This document shows, piece by piece, positions 13,667 through 26,259 of a DNA stretch of 64,000 nt; positions within the stretch are counted from its first letter, which is position 1; every line of letters starts with the position of its first letter. Source of the DNA: Yuukianura sp. NJ FZ-2021 (Eukaryota). Made by a program: the position numbers and the translations under genes. The stretch lies in assembly GCA_046563655.1 (NCBI GenBank), contig CM102290.1:372001-436000 (forward strand). The letters run 5' to 3'. The notes beneath the pieces are model-generated. The model ran no database searches. It had not been told where the DNA came from and saw nothing but the letters and a program-made list of their open reading frames with translations.

Positions 13667-15305
13667 TACAAATGGAAGAAGAATAAAATCTTGGAATAGA
13701 AATTTCGTATTGAGCAGAGAGCGTAGCATTGGATGAGATTAGAGCGCGGGAAAGGATTTGACTGGTTTTGGAATTCTTTGCTGTGATTTGAATTTGGCCT
13801 AATGGCTCTTCTGGGCTCGGTTACTCTTTCGGTTGTGCCTATTTAAGTATCGACTCCTACAATCCGCCAGTTCGAATCCACCCTCATCCAATTTTTATTC
13901 TCCTCCATAAAAGGCTCATTCAAACGCCCCAGAGACAATAAACCCGCGCTCGAATTATCCCTCTAATAAAAGAGAAAAGCAAAACCAAAGGGACACGACT
14001 TGACTCAAACTCAATTTCAAAATATCCCGCTACTTTCACTTTTAACAATTTCCATCCTCACAAAACTTACAAGTTTCCATAAATCTTTTACTTTCACTCC
14101 AAAACGTCTCATCTACCAAAGACCTTGTTATGACTTCTTTACTCAAAAAACTAAACTTAACAACTCACAAATCACTCAAATCTTCACTCTTGTAAATTCT
14201 TACAAAACAAATGTACAGTATGTTCCTAAAGTCATTTTAAAATAAACCGATTTGGTCTGAAAAAAGTTAATCAAAAACAATCTCATAAAAAAAACGTTCA
14301 CCTCGTTTTTGTTTTCACTCAAATTTTTTTCTACTCAACATTTTCCCTGTTCATTTTTTTTGTTTTTGTTCAATTTTTTTGTTGATTTTTTTCGGAATAT
14401 TGTTTTAGAAAGTTTTTGTTAGCTACAAAAAAAAAAAGTAAAAAAAAAAGGTAGAAGAAATGGACTGCCATTTTTTGACTGCGTGAGAACGATTTACTCT
14501 GAACGAAGTGGCAATTGGTTTAACTGTGAGATTGGACGTGTGAGGAGGGGGGATGGGGGTTCGCGTCAGTCGCCCCCCTTCGAGGGGCGATGATGAGGGG
14601 CATGTCCTGCTGCATTTGTGCCATTGTATGGAAATGACCTTTAAATTGGATTTGGAACTGAAGCCATTTGAGTGTTAGCGGGGCAAATGGGAATAATTTA
14701 CAGAGAAAAGAGCCTTCTGGAATTGTCTCGAACGAGGAAATAAACGGAAGGAACTTTCTCCACTCTTTCCTTTTATTAAAAATGTTTCTCTCCTCCACCA
14801 TCTCCAGCACCAAGCACAATTTCCCCTCACTCAATTGGATCCTCCAGAACGACTTCCTTCTCAAATGGATCACATTCCAGCACATCCGAATCTAGAAACA
14901 CCCCCTGTTCCCCCTCACCCCACCCCGCTTCACCCCCTGGAACACATTCACAACATAACTACAACTTCCAGTTATAACCATCAACCTAAAACTCCATTCC
15001 ATTCCACTGGATCTCAAAAGCTTCAAAATGGGTGCTTCACAAACTACGTCATCATGAACCTACCCCATTTTGGGGGGAGTTGAATTCTACCGACAGATGC
15101 TTCCATAGCCAAAGTTGATGATGTCCACTTTTTTGACATTTCGTCCAGTGTATATCCAGTGGATAAAATATTTCGTCCGGCTTTATCCGGAAGAAATGGC
15201 TGGATAAAATGAATGCAAATGGATAATTCCGGATAATTTCACTTTATTTGATGTAGGTGGAAGAAACAGTTTATTCATGTCGACCATGGATCACACTACA
15301 TATAA

Positions 15306-15488
15306 CGGGAGCAGCCATTGTTTCGAAAAGATTGTTTCGAATGCGAATTGTCTCGAAAAATAATTGTTTCGAAACACAAATAAGTTTAGGGTTTAAGGCT
15401 TAGCTAGGCTCATTTGCGTTTCTAAAGAATTATTTTTCGAAACAATTCAATTCAAAACATTTCTATTCACAGCAATGGCATGGAACCG
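15306..15488. mobile_element. Shorter relative of the 30651 foldback element
   Basis: TTCGAA-repeat inverted arms, and the same right end AATGGCATGGAACC as the 30651 element. Confidence 0.55.
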
Positions 15489-18400
15489 CCACCCCCCGAC
15501 GTGACGACACCTTACGTGAACAACGCCTCAGTTGGAGCTGTAAAGTGAAAGCCCTTTTTCTTTTTTTCTTCTTTGAAGAAAAGGCAGGGAAATATTATTC
15601 AAACGGAAATTTCTGCACGATATAAAAGGAGTGGGAAAAGCTTTTCTCTTTTTTTAAATTTTGAATTCCTTCTCGCGCTTTCTCTCTATTCTCCTTCCCT
15701 TCTCAGATGATATGGACAGAACTTGTGAACCGGAACTTAAGCATCTGACAAAAAATGATTTCATTTCCACCCTCATTCAAATTTTTTCTCGTTTTCCCGT
15801 GCCCTCATTTTGTAAAAATGTAAAACATCACAATAAATAGTACTGACGGCGTTTGGAAGTGGAAGAGGAAGGCATAAGGGAGACTCCTCCAGAGAAAGTA
15901 AAAAGACCAGCCAGGATGCAACAGGTACTCGTCTTCACGCGTACAAATTCAACAAATCACAAGACCAAACTACTCCCGCTCTTTTTCAAATTCAAACATA
16001 GCCTAACCATAAAAAAAAACAGAAAAAAAGTCATATTTGAAGTTCTTTTTTCGAAATTTTTCAAAAATTTAGATTAGTTTTACCGGGATTAAAGGAAAAC
16101 AGAGAAAAGAATATTTAAAAAAATTGCTTTTGTCAAGAACGAGAAAAAGTGAGCGGTAAATTTTGAACGAAGAAGAAATCTGAGCTTTCTGTTTCCGTTA
16201 GTCATAGACTCTTGAAGGTTTTTTGTAGTGGCGGTAAAATTTGAAGTATCCGTCGTTTTGAAAATGGAGCCTTTTCTTGTTGGAAGGAGCCCTTTGAATT
16301 ATTAATCTCCCTTTCTCTCTCTTTTGAGCTTGTCTTTTCGTCCGGATCCCTTCCAGGATCAACTTCTACTAAAAACTCCTTAAATATTCTAACAAGTTCA
16401 AGAAGGGGGGGGCCTTGAGAACAGAGGCAGCTGGGGACCCATCTAAGGGGTCCCCCTTTACACAGAATACGTAAGTCGGAGTTTCAAAGGGCCCCCCCTC
16501 AATTCCCCCAAATTGAGTCTGAGTAGAAGTCTTTGAAGGGAGGTGAAAGAGCGCGTCCTTTTGAATGTCTTTTCTGAATAATAGAAAGTTGTGTGCTGCT
16601 CTGCTGATGCCACTTAGGGCTTGACTTTCTGCTGCTCCTTTCTAAATCTCAGAGGGAATCAAAAAGGGCCCCTCCCCTTAACCCCCCCCCCCTTTTCTAA
16701 CCCCCCTCCCCCCATCTCTGCCATACTTGCAATCTCTTGAGACCTGGCACATCTCTCCTAGTCACTTAGGAGATTGACAGACAGGTCTGAAAAACAAAAA
16801 TAGTTGAAAGTCTTGGAAGCGCCAGAATTCAAATGGAATTTTGAAACAGTTTTCCACTGAGGGAGAAAGGCGGGAGTGAAAGTTTAAAATTCCAAGTTGA
16901 AGACGAAGACAAAAGCTGCCAAGATAGAGATTAAGTCCACTTCAAAGGGAAGACTAAGGTGGACTAATAACTTTAGGGTTGGTTGAAGTAAGGCACGTTG
17001 ATGGTATTCGGTTGAAGTAAGGATGAGAGAAGCTTTGGCTGTCAGGCGGATGGACCAGTTAACATGAAAGAGATTGGCGCCTGTCTGGCCATGTTCTTTG
17101 TGGTTTCGGATAGAGTGAAAGTTGGCCCGAGGAAAGGCAAAATCCTTCATTATTATTAGGGAGGGAGATTTGGACTTAAAGTGTTCAGTCCATTTTGCCT
17201 AATTGGTCTTCCAATAACGATCTTATGTTAGTTTTGTTACGTTATGTATTCAAAAGTTTGGCGTTTCTGTTATTAGTCAACCTAACTCGTCTTACCCCTA
17301 AACATGACCGGTCAGGTTTTTCTAGAAAGAGTGAAAGCGACAAACTGTCAGGTTGGGTTTCAAGGGTGACAAAATTTAGAAAACTCGTGACATTTTTTTT
17401 CTGGATCAAATTTTTTGGCGCCAAATTTCTAGGAATCGTTAGTTAGTTTTTACTAGTTGCTTCCCCGTGTGTCTTTTGGGAAATGTGATCCGATCCTCTT
17501 CTCAACATCATCCGGTGGAACAAGAACTTCCACTTTTCCCGCGCCCGCAGCAACTTTCTGCGACGCTACTTCAGAAGGAGTGTCAGCAACTCTGTCCGTT
17601 TGTGACACATGGGACTCCAGGGACACACACCGCCCCCACAACGAACCTTCATGGACCCCCCCCCTGTACTTCTCTACTTCAAATGAACCCCCCCCCCTTC
17701 TAGACTTCATTACGCCACTTTTCTAAGAGAGATCCAGAGGGATCTCATCACTTCAAAACTCCAAGTGTCAACTGACTCTTACGACAAAAACAACATCTCA
17801 TCAACTTCACACTTCCTCCTGCATTAACTTTCACCAAAAACTGTACCTGTTGGACTCATAAATCTTGTTAAACAAGTTTTAGTAAGGTCATAACGAGTCA
17901 AAAATATCGAAACCCAAAACGGCTAATCACAAACCACCGAAATACAAAACTAACTAAACAAAAACTGTCGAAAACACAAATAATAAAATTGTATTTTTTT
18001 TATTTGTGTTTTCACAATTTAGCAAGAATTTGTTAGAAAAATACTTCACAAAGCTTACGAAATTTTTGTTTTCTTATGTAAAGTACTTTTCCCAATTTTG
18101 GAAATTGGTACTTTCAAGAATTTCCATTTTGGAAATTTGAAGTTTCTGCTTGAATGATTTTGAACAAAAGGTTTAATGGAATCACCAAAAATGGGGCCCT
18201 TTTATTCAATATTTTGAAATGCTTTTGTTCAGTTCTTTAGAAAATAAAAGAAAAAGTAAAAAATGTAAAAAGTGAAAGGCGTTGAAGAACGTGTCACTTT
18301 TTTTTTGTGTATAAAAGTGTCTGTCCAAAACATTTGTTTGCTCCCGCCTCACCCGTTCTCTGTTTATTGTTATTTTGAGTCACCGTAATGACAGAAAGGG

Positions 18401-19184
18401 ATGCGCAGTGACTTTTAGTAATGACAAAGAAGCTGCGCAGAAAAAAAAGGAATGCCGTTTTGAGTGACGTGTTTGAACAGAGTTTGATGGAGAGGGTACG
18501 AAGTGTCTCAAAATGTTTTGGTAGATTGAACACTCGTCAGTCACTTTTTTTAAGAAATGACTTTTTTCAACGCGCTCAACCGGAGCGAAAAAATTGAATA
18601 ATTTAAAAAGTGAAAGTGAAGTTTCATGTTGATGAAGTCGTGTTTTCCTAAAGTGGTTGAATTGATTTGTTGGACTTTGGAATGTCAATCAGCAGTTTCA
18701 TGTTGTTGGATTTTGGCGCCTGGGTTTGAGTTTGAGTAAAAGAGAAGCGTTGGTTCTAATTTTGGCGGGTTTTAATTAAATGGGACCATTTGAGTGGAAT
18801 GGAGTAATTTGGAGAGAGATGCTGTGGGTTGTGTTGTGAGTTGGTCTGGGTGGCTTAATGGACTCTGTGTGATGTAAGTCCATGGTGTCCATGCTAATGG
18901 CGGAGGGTAATGGGATCTCGGGAGACATTTCAAAAGTTCCCGCGCCCTCCTTAATGGTATTCACACCTTTTCAAAGAAGCAGCCGCAAGCGAAGGCAGGA
19001 AATGAAGTGCCAGGGAGTACACAGGGCTATGTCTTACCTTTTCCCGCCACACCGGAGCTCATAAGCCATAAACTGTGTCGTGACACAAAGCGTAACATAA
19101 TCCCTACATTTCCTACACATTAGTTCTGCAAACATTAATTTTGTCAACACAGTCTTTTTCAGCAACCGGAAATTGAAATAAGAT

Positions 19185-19640
19185 GACCTCAACGCAAACG
19201 AAAGTAAGAAAACAAGAAAAATTCAAATTACTGAAAGCGCAGGAAACGTCAAGATTCTGTCAGAAACGTAAGGGAAACGTAAAAATTAGAAATTCAAGCC
19301 AAGCGTCAACAAATGTCGACCTAAACGTAAGAGAAACGTCAAAGTAATGTCAAAAACGTCATTTTTACCGAAGCGTTACAGAAACGTCAAACAGACGTCA
19401 AAACGTTATTTTTACCGAAGCGTCACAGAAACGTCAAACTGCCGTCAAAAACGTCATTTTGACCGAAGCATAAGCGTCACAAATTTTTTGAGCAAAATGA
19501 AAGACAAGCCTTAAAATTCTGATCAAAGCAAAATGCAAACGTCAAAACTACATTTCAGCTCAGGCGTCAAAAAATTCTGACCGACACGTAAGAGAAACGT
19601 CAATATTCTGATCGAAAGATGAAGACAAAACTAAAATATA
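19185..19640. repeat. Degenerate ~40-bp tandem repeat rich in AAACGTCA
   Basis: ACCGAAGCGTYACAGAAACGTCAAA...CGTCAAAA(A)CGTYATTTT is repeated, with decaying flanking copies. Confidence 0.7.
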
Positions 19641-20271
19641 AGCAAGAATTCAAAAAATAATTGCGTGGTGCTAAAGTTTAAGCAAATGTGGATCGTAAGA
19701 ACATTGGAAATTGAGATTGGCGCGTAATAAAGAAAAGTTTGTTTGACTCCGTGTGCCATTAAATTTGTGGGAAATCTGTAGGGACGGCGGGGCGAGAGTG
19801 GGTTGGTTCCAATTTACTTTTATGCCCAAATCTGTCTGGTCTCCCTGCACCAGACTTTAATTTTGAGCGGGAAAAGAAATGTTGGAATTGAGGTCCGCCA
19901 ATAAAGGAGCCACTGAGAGACGGAGTAGTGCTCCACCAATCCCACCAACCGTCTGCTCCCGTTCCCGCCAAAAACTGAAAGTGTCATGGCCCCTGGCCTC
20001 TGATCTTTAATTAAAGAGGTGGAAGGGGATATTTATTGGTGGAGGCCATTATTCCAGGCTCAAATGGGGCATTTCCAAGGAACGGAGCCAACAAAACGTT
20101 ATACACTACGACCCAAAGTTCAAAATCTTGGACGAAACGCGCTTTCTCCGCTCTAGTATACTTTCTGCTTTCTCCTTTTGCATCTTTTGTTCTTTTGCAT
20201 CTCCTCCAGCCTTTTGTTTTCTGTTTACCAACGTTCACCCCCTTTATTTAGCCTATCTCCCACCCCTCCCC

Positions 20272-20573
20272 CAAGGTTTCTATAGCAACAATAGATTTCT
20301 TTTCAAAGGTTAGGCAATAAGTCCTGCTTTCACAAACTTTTTTCTCACCCGAGTTTCACCCAACCTTGTTTAAGGCTTGTTTTTTGGAAAAATGTTAAAG
20401 TTTGGACGAAATTGAACGTTCAAAATGAATAAAAAAAAATTCAAATTCCAAAATTGCTAAGGAAACGATCGTGACTGTCTTTTAATTTTTAGAATTTTGT
20501 GGGAAAAAAAATAGAAAAACGACGATTGCCTAACCTGTTAAAGAAAAATCCATGTTCTTGTTTACGAACCTTG
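20272..20573. mobile_element. CAAGG-ended MITE, hAT-like (subfamily 2, inverted relative to the 8184 copy)
   Basis: CAAGGTT...AACCTTG termini and TSD CCCTCCCC/CTCTCCCC (1 mismatch). Internal CTCACCCGAGTTTCACCCA resembles the reverse complement of the 8184 copy's core. Confidence 0.8.
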
Positions 20574-20751
20574 CTCTCCCCCCTCTTTGGCCTCAACCAA
20601 CAACGTCTATCCCCTTTGTGACATTATTTTAGAAACTAATTTCTGCCTCGGCCAAATCTCCTTTGTCTTCTCCCTTTCTCTTCCTCCTGCTTCATAATCC
20701 AAAATTCCCGCCGCTAAGGCCCCACCAACTCATCCATCAAAGACTCCTCCC

Positions 20752-20810
20752 CCACCATTCTCCGGCCCCACCAAATCACCACCATTCTCCGGCCCCACCA
20801 AATCACCACC
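20752..20810. repeat. 27-bp perfect tandem duplication
   Basis: CCACCATTCTCCGGCCCCACCAAATCA x2 plus a partial third copy. Confidence 0.85.
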
Positions 20811-22034
20811 GCCAAAGGTCAACCACGAATGACACAAGGCGGTTCTTCGTGCAAGACGTTGAGGAAGACAAGACTTTCCTAATTAAATTGGGAGGCTGAT
20901 TTGCAGCAGCGATAGGGCTTCAGAAACACAATCCCACAAAATTGTCGAGAAATTGTGAAACGACAGAGAATGGATCACCACAAAGCTTTTGGCGCTCAAA
21001 ATCCAACTTCCCAGAGACAATTTTATGGCCTTCTGAACTCCGTTTCCGTAATTTGATTTAAAACCGCCTTCTGGACTTATTTCTTCAAACTGGATTTGAA
21101 ACTGGAAGAACCTGCGCAGTTTGACTTCAAAATAGAACTACAAAAACTTGTAGCAAGCCAGGAGACAAAAAAAAAGAAAAATTGGTTTAGCACATTGGCT
21201 AACGTTTCCGCTAATTTAAGGAGATGTGAGTTCAATTCTCGGAAGACCCAAAGATTTTTTTTGTACAAAATTTACTTTTTTTTTATACCAAAAACGCAAA
21301 TATAAGTAAATACAAACTACAAATATAACATTCGAGGTCACACGAGCCAAATTTCGACTTTCACTTTCTGGTGAAAGTCGTTTCCAGGAGTAACGGAATC
21401 AGTCACAAAAATTGTGAAAGGAGCTTATTATCTGAAATGGCTCTCTGTCATCATTACTGAAAGAGAAAAAAGACACTATGTTCTCTTTTTTTTCAAATAA
21501 AAGTAATAAAGTCCTTCCAGGAATCGAACAACACTATCCTCTCTAATGATGTCTCTGCTATGTTGCCATGGGTGATGAAATAATAGCACAGAGCTCTCCC
21601 TTCTCATTAGGCCGAGTTCCAGCCGTCAAGGCAACAAAATGCTTCTGCCTTCCAGAAGTTCCAGCGTAGCCTATAGTTTGCTGGAACTTCCAGAATAAGT
21701 AATGGTCCAGACTCAAAGGCAAATTGTTCTAAAGGAAGAACGCGGAAGAGGCGGATCTCCCGCTCCCGCCTTCTCCCATTAAAAATCTCTTAATTTTCGT
21801 CTATTCATTCGCACATCCTATCTCATTCTAAAGCCACTACTGTTCAATCTATCCACGATACAAAGAGAATCCAACAAATCAACTCCAGACGCAAAACCAG
21901 CCATTTCAAGTTTTGGCCCCAACGGATTCACGCCGCGAAAAATTTCACGTCTCCAGAGTTTGTTAAGTTCCGGGCTTTAGAGTTTATGGAGCACCACAAG
22001 CGCTGTAAGCAGCTTAGACGTTTTGAGTCAAAAC

Positions 22035-22295
22035 CAAGGTTGCTATAGCTCACATGTATACAAATGCGCTAACAGGTTATACTATAACTACGATTTTTTT
22101 TAAAACACGTAAAAAAAAACAACTTTTGGACCGATTTTGGACAATTTTGTTGATTTTGACAATAATCGTTTTGAAATTTTTCAATTTTCACGTTGCTGGG
22201 TCTAAGATTTCGAATTGCTAACGCCGCGTCAGAATGGAAAAAGGAGTTATGGTATAACCTGTTAAGAAAAAACAGACAAAATTTAAACAACCTTG
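22035..22295. mobile_element. CAAGG-ended MITE, hAT-like (divergent subfamily)
   Basis: CAAGGTTG...CAACCTTG termini, subterminal inverted TAACAGGTTATACTATAACT / AGTTATGGTATAACCTGTTA, and degenerate flanks AGTCAAAAC/AGTCACAC. Confidence 0.75.
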
Positions 22296-23144
22296 AGTCA
22301 CAACCTTTCAGATTGAATTTTGTCGAAATTTTCGCGTCGTGAAAACTTTTCACTTTCCAAACTTCGGTAAGTTTTGGGCTTTAGAGCTTGGGGTTTGGGG
22401 CAAGTTGAGACCGCATAACTCTGTTTTTAGTGGCCCAAAATGTGAAAGGAATGAGTGAGTTTTAGGAGGCGGTTAATTTGAGTTTTGCTTTTTCAGTCAT
22501 AAGCACAAAGTTCGTTTCCGTAAGTCCTAACTTTTAAGTTTTTTTTGGTCGTTGGTAAGGTAGTAGAGACTAGCTGTGACATTTTCCTCTTGGTTCCAGT
22601 TAATTTTGAACTGGCGGAATTGAGTATAAAAAGAAAACATAAATTTTTTATGTGTCATCTCACGAATGGATTTGTTCTTCAACCTTACTTTCTCCCTGGC
22701 TCCACCAAAATATGTCTCCCTCCCCAGCATAGTGTTCTCTACAACTAAAAAATCTCATTTGGCCTTGACTTTCTCCAGCACCACCCAAACTACCTTCCTC
22801 CACTTTCTTCCAGAATTGCCTTCCAGGGAAAAAGGACTCTTGAAAAGCCACACACTCAATTACATAAACAGACCAATTCTGCAGGATTTACATCACAATC
22901 ACCCTCTCTCCCTGGCATACACAAAATTACAACCATAAATTCCTAACCTCACTCAAAACGAAGTTCCAAGGGGTCACTTGCCCTTAACCTAACTTATTCA
23001 GCCTTTAACTATACTACTAGCCTAGCCTAATTTTGAACAAAACATAACTTAACTTTCACTTTACTCAATGCAGAAGCACAAAACTTTCAGGTCATGTAGA
23101 ATCTTAAGGTCAATCACCTCTACGCTCAACTTCGGTAACTCTGC

Positions 23145-23675
23145 AAAAAAAAATACAGTGTGTTTCATAAGTTTTTGAGGAAAAGTACAACGGCTCCCTA
23201 ACCTTAGAGAGAAAGCACAGTGTATGCCCTGGCTTTGAGACAAAGTACAGTGTGCTTCCTAACTTTTGAAAGGAAAGTGCAATGCTTTTTCCTAACTTTG
23301 GAGACAAAGTACAGTGTGTTTCTTAAGTTTTAAGAAAAAGTACAGCGTGTTTCTTAAGTTTTGAGAAAAAGTACAGTGTGTTTCTTAAGTTTTCAGACAA
23401 ACTACAGCGTGTTTTCTAACTCGTGGGAGGAGGAGTACAGTGCTTTCTAAAGTTTTGAGAGGAAGTACAGTGTGTTTCCTAATTTTTGAGTGATAGTACA
23501 ATGGCTTTCATAACTTTTGAGAGGAAGTACAGTGCTTTCTAAAAGTTCCGAGCGAAGTACAGTAGTTTCCATAACTTTTGACACAAAGTACAGCATGTTT
23601 CCCTGTTTTGAGGGAAAGTACAGCGCTTTTTCTAACTTTTGAGAGAAAGTACAGTGTGTTCCGTAACCTTTTGAG
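23145..23675. repeat. ~31-bp minisatellite, about 16-17 copies
   Basis: Consensus AAAGTACAGTGTGTTTCTTAAGTTTTGAGAA. Confidence 0.9.
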
Positions 23676-24989
23676 CCTGGGTTGTTCTTGAGGTGACCCA
23701 GGTAGTAAAAGTAGTATAGTTGGGGTGAGTTGTCGTTAGGGCAGAGTTTTGTGTGAGTCGTGAGTGTAGTGGTGTCGTAATGTTTTTGGTTTTTGTGGAG
23801 GCCATTAAATAAGTTGGGAATGGGGAGTTGTGAAGGCATGGCCTCATGCCTTGTTCTATTTATTAATAACATGCTTTTGGAAAAGAGACTTGAGGAGGCG
23901 GGTCCTTGGAGCTCAAAGTCTCCACAAGAAGTCTCCGTGTTTTCGGAGGAAGAGAGACTTTTGGTGGGATCCATTTTTTGAATGGGGGCCATTTGGGATT
24001 AGGAGAGAGCGGGTAATTTAAGAGGCCTCTCTGCGTCCCTCCACTTTGTGTGTGTCTCCGAAGGAGGCTGAAAGCTCCCTGCTTGACTGATGGTTATGGA
24101 GGACTCGGGCATCATCAACAGACCCAGATGCCCACCAACTCATAAAATATCCAATTCCCCCCCATCAAATGACTCCATCCACCTAGGGGGGGGTCAGGGG
24201 TCAACGTCACCCCCACCTCTAACCCCCCAGTTATGGCATCCAACCACAACTCAACTCTCTTTTTATCAAATTAAGTCCTCCCAAACAACCCAAGATTCAA
24301 CAACTTTCTCTCTCTTTTCCATTTCCGTCACTCAAAAAGTTCTATGTTTCAAAAAAAAAATGTTTTGAAAAAATTTATGTTAAAATATCACTGAAAAAGT
24401 TTGTTTCAACTTAGGTTTGCCTAACATAAAGCAAAATAATTTAAATTAATGTAAATGTGCACAATAATAATCAAAAACTATTTAAATTAAAAATAATTAC
24501 ATCCACTTTCTCTGCGTTTTCTTCCCAAAATCTCAGAAATTTTGAAATTTTATGAGATGGGGTTAGTTACTCCCTTCAAAAAAAGTTGTGTTCTCAGCCT
24601 TAGAAGTGTTGCGGAGTGTTCACATTAGTTTTCTCTATTAGTATTTATTATTATTCTTGTGCTCCATGCATACCGAATGACCTTTGACCATTAAAGTCAA
24701 AGTTTCACCATTAATTCCAGAGTTAATTAGAGGCTGTGAGGAGGCGGAGGTTGGTGGAGCGGCAGAGTTGGTTCATATCATGATTAAATGATGAGGAATC
24801 CGCTTTCTCCCGTTTCTAAAACATTTTGTTCAGAACAGGAATTAGAACAAGCAGAGCGAAAGAGAAAGCGCTGCAAAGGAAGCGCCCGCAAAAGAAATTG
24901 AGAAATCTTTCCGCATGTTGCATCTTTGTTTGTTTTTTCATGACGGGGCATTCTGAGATTTTCAAAAAAAAATACGCTGAGGTTCTAGC

Positions 24990-25301
24990 CAAGGTTCCTT
25001 GACAACGGAACTGTATTTCCTACAACAGGTTGTCCAATAACTCAGGGTTTTCAAGAATCTTGTCTCAAATAACTTTTAGCACCAATTTTGTTTATACATT
25101 TTTCCCATTTTTTTTTTCAAACTTTGGACACTTGAAATCACATAAGAATACAATAAAAGTGAAAAAAGAATTCAAAAATTATCATAGAAATGGAGGCGAA
25201 GTTTAACCAGTTTGGTTTTTGAAAATTTTGGCAAAAAATTGAAAAACCCGTGTTATTGGACAACCTGCTGTATAAAAAAAACATTTTCTTTACGAACCTT
25301 G
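24990..25301. mobile_element. CAAGG-ended MITE, hAT-like (mixed ends)
   Basis: CAAGGTTCCTTGACAAC...TTTACGAACCTTG termini, subterminal CAGGTTGTCCAATAAC / GTTATTGGACAACCTG, and TSD GTTCTAGC/GCTGTAGC (2 mismatches). Confidence 0.75.
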
Positions 25302-26017
25302 GCTGTAGCAGAATGTTGTTCAAAAAAGGAGGGAAGCAGAAGGGCGGGAACGAACAACTTTTTTGGTTGAATTGAAAATTTTGGAGTTCGGAATTTTCAA
25401 AATTAGTTTTCTCTTTGGACACAAAAGTGAAGGGGGATGGACCACGTTGGTAGTTTTGTCTGGACTCCACCGATTTTCAAAAAAATGTGACGGCGGGCAA
25501 ATTTGAAATTCGAGTGAGGAGTGCGGACGCGGGAATGTCAGAGGAATGCTAATGCCCGTGTCGTGCTGGCACTCACAAAGTCCAATTGACAAACACAGGA
25601 ACTTTTTAGCACTCTTCGCCACCTCCTTTGATTCAAATTTTATTCTCCCGCCACGCACAGAGAAGAGAAAGATCCGCTGCGTAATTTTATTTCCTCTTCA
25701 TCTTATCAAACTGACATGAATACACTTTTTGAAATTTTGAAATCTCCCTCCTCCTTTCTGGTCGTGCCGCGAAAAGTCTCATTCAAATTTTTTTCATTTC
25801 CAACAACAATCAATACAACTCTCGCCCCATTATCTTCTCACTTGAACAGTTTTTTATTCACTTTTCGGTAGAAGACAATTGAAAAGAGGGGGAACTTTCA
25901 CCAGCACGAAATTCAAATTCATCTTCTTCTTTTGTCCTCCCGCTCTTCAATTTAAACTCATTTCAGTTTTTTAAATTTAAAACTCAATTATTCCTTCCCC
26001 CTTGTTACACATGTAAT

Positions 26018-26259
26018 CAAGGTTCCTTGACAACAAAAAATTAATTTTCTTTAACAGGTTGGGTACTACTTCGCTTGTTGACCAAAAAAAAATTCGTACC
26101 AATTTTAATGTCAATCCAAAAACTTGGTACCAATTCGTACGCAAAATTTAAAAAATTAGGTTGTATTGTTACGACCACGATGCCCTGAAATTTTGCAAAA
26201 TCGAAAAAACATGAGGTACAACCCAACCTGTTAAAGAAAATTAAAGTCAACAAACCTTG
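26018..26259. mobile_element. CAAGG-ended MITE, hAT-like (subfamily 1)
   Basis: CAAGGTT...AACCTTG termini and a perfect TSD CATGTAAT (26010-26017 and 26260-26267). Confidence 0.88.

Noticed and set aside
13562..17000. Seed-length matches to miR-34 (~13562) and miR-124 (~16989)
   Set aside because: The matches are only about 9 nt with no supporting hairpin, which is expected by chance.
23145..23675. Regular repeats as a CRISPR array, and ORF 23447-23992 as a gene
   Set aside because: The units are contiguous with no unique spacers, there are no cas genes, and the context is eukaryotic. The ORF merely runs into the minisatellite.
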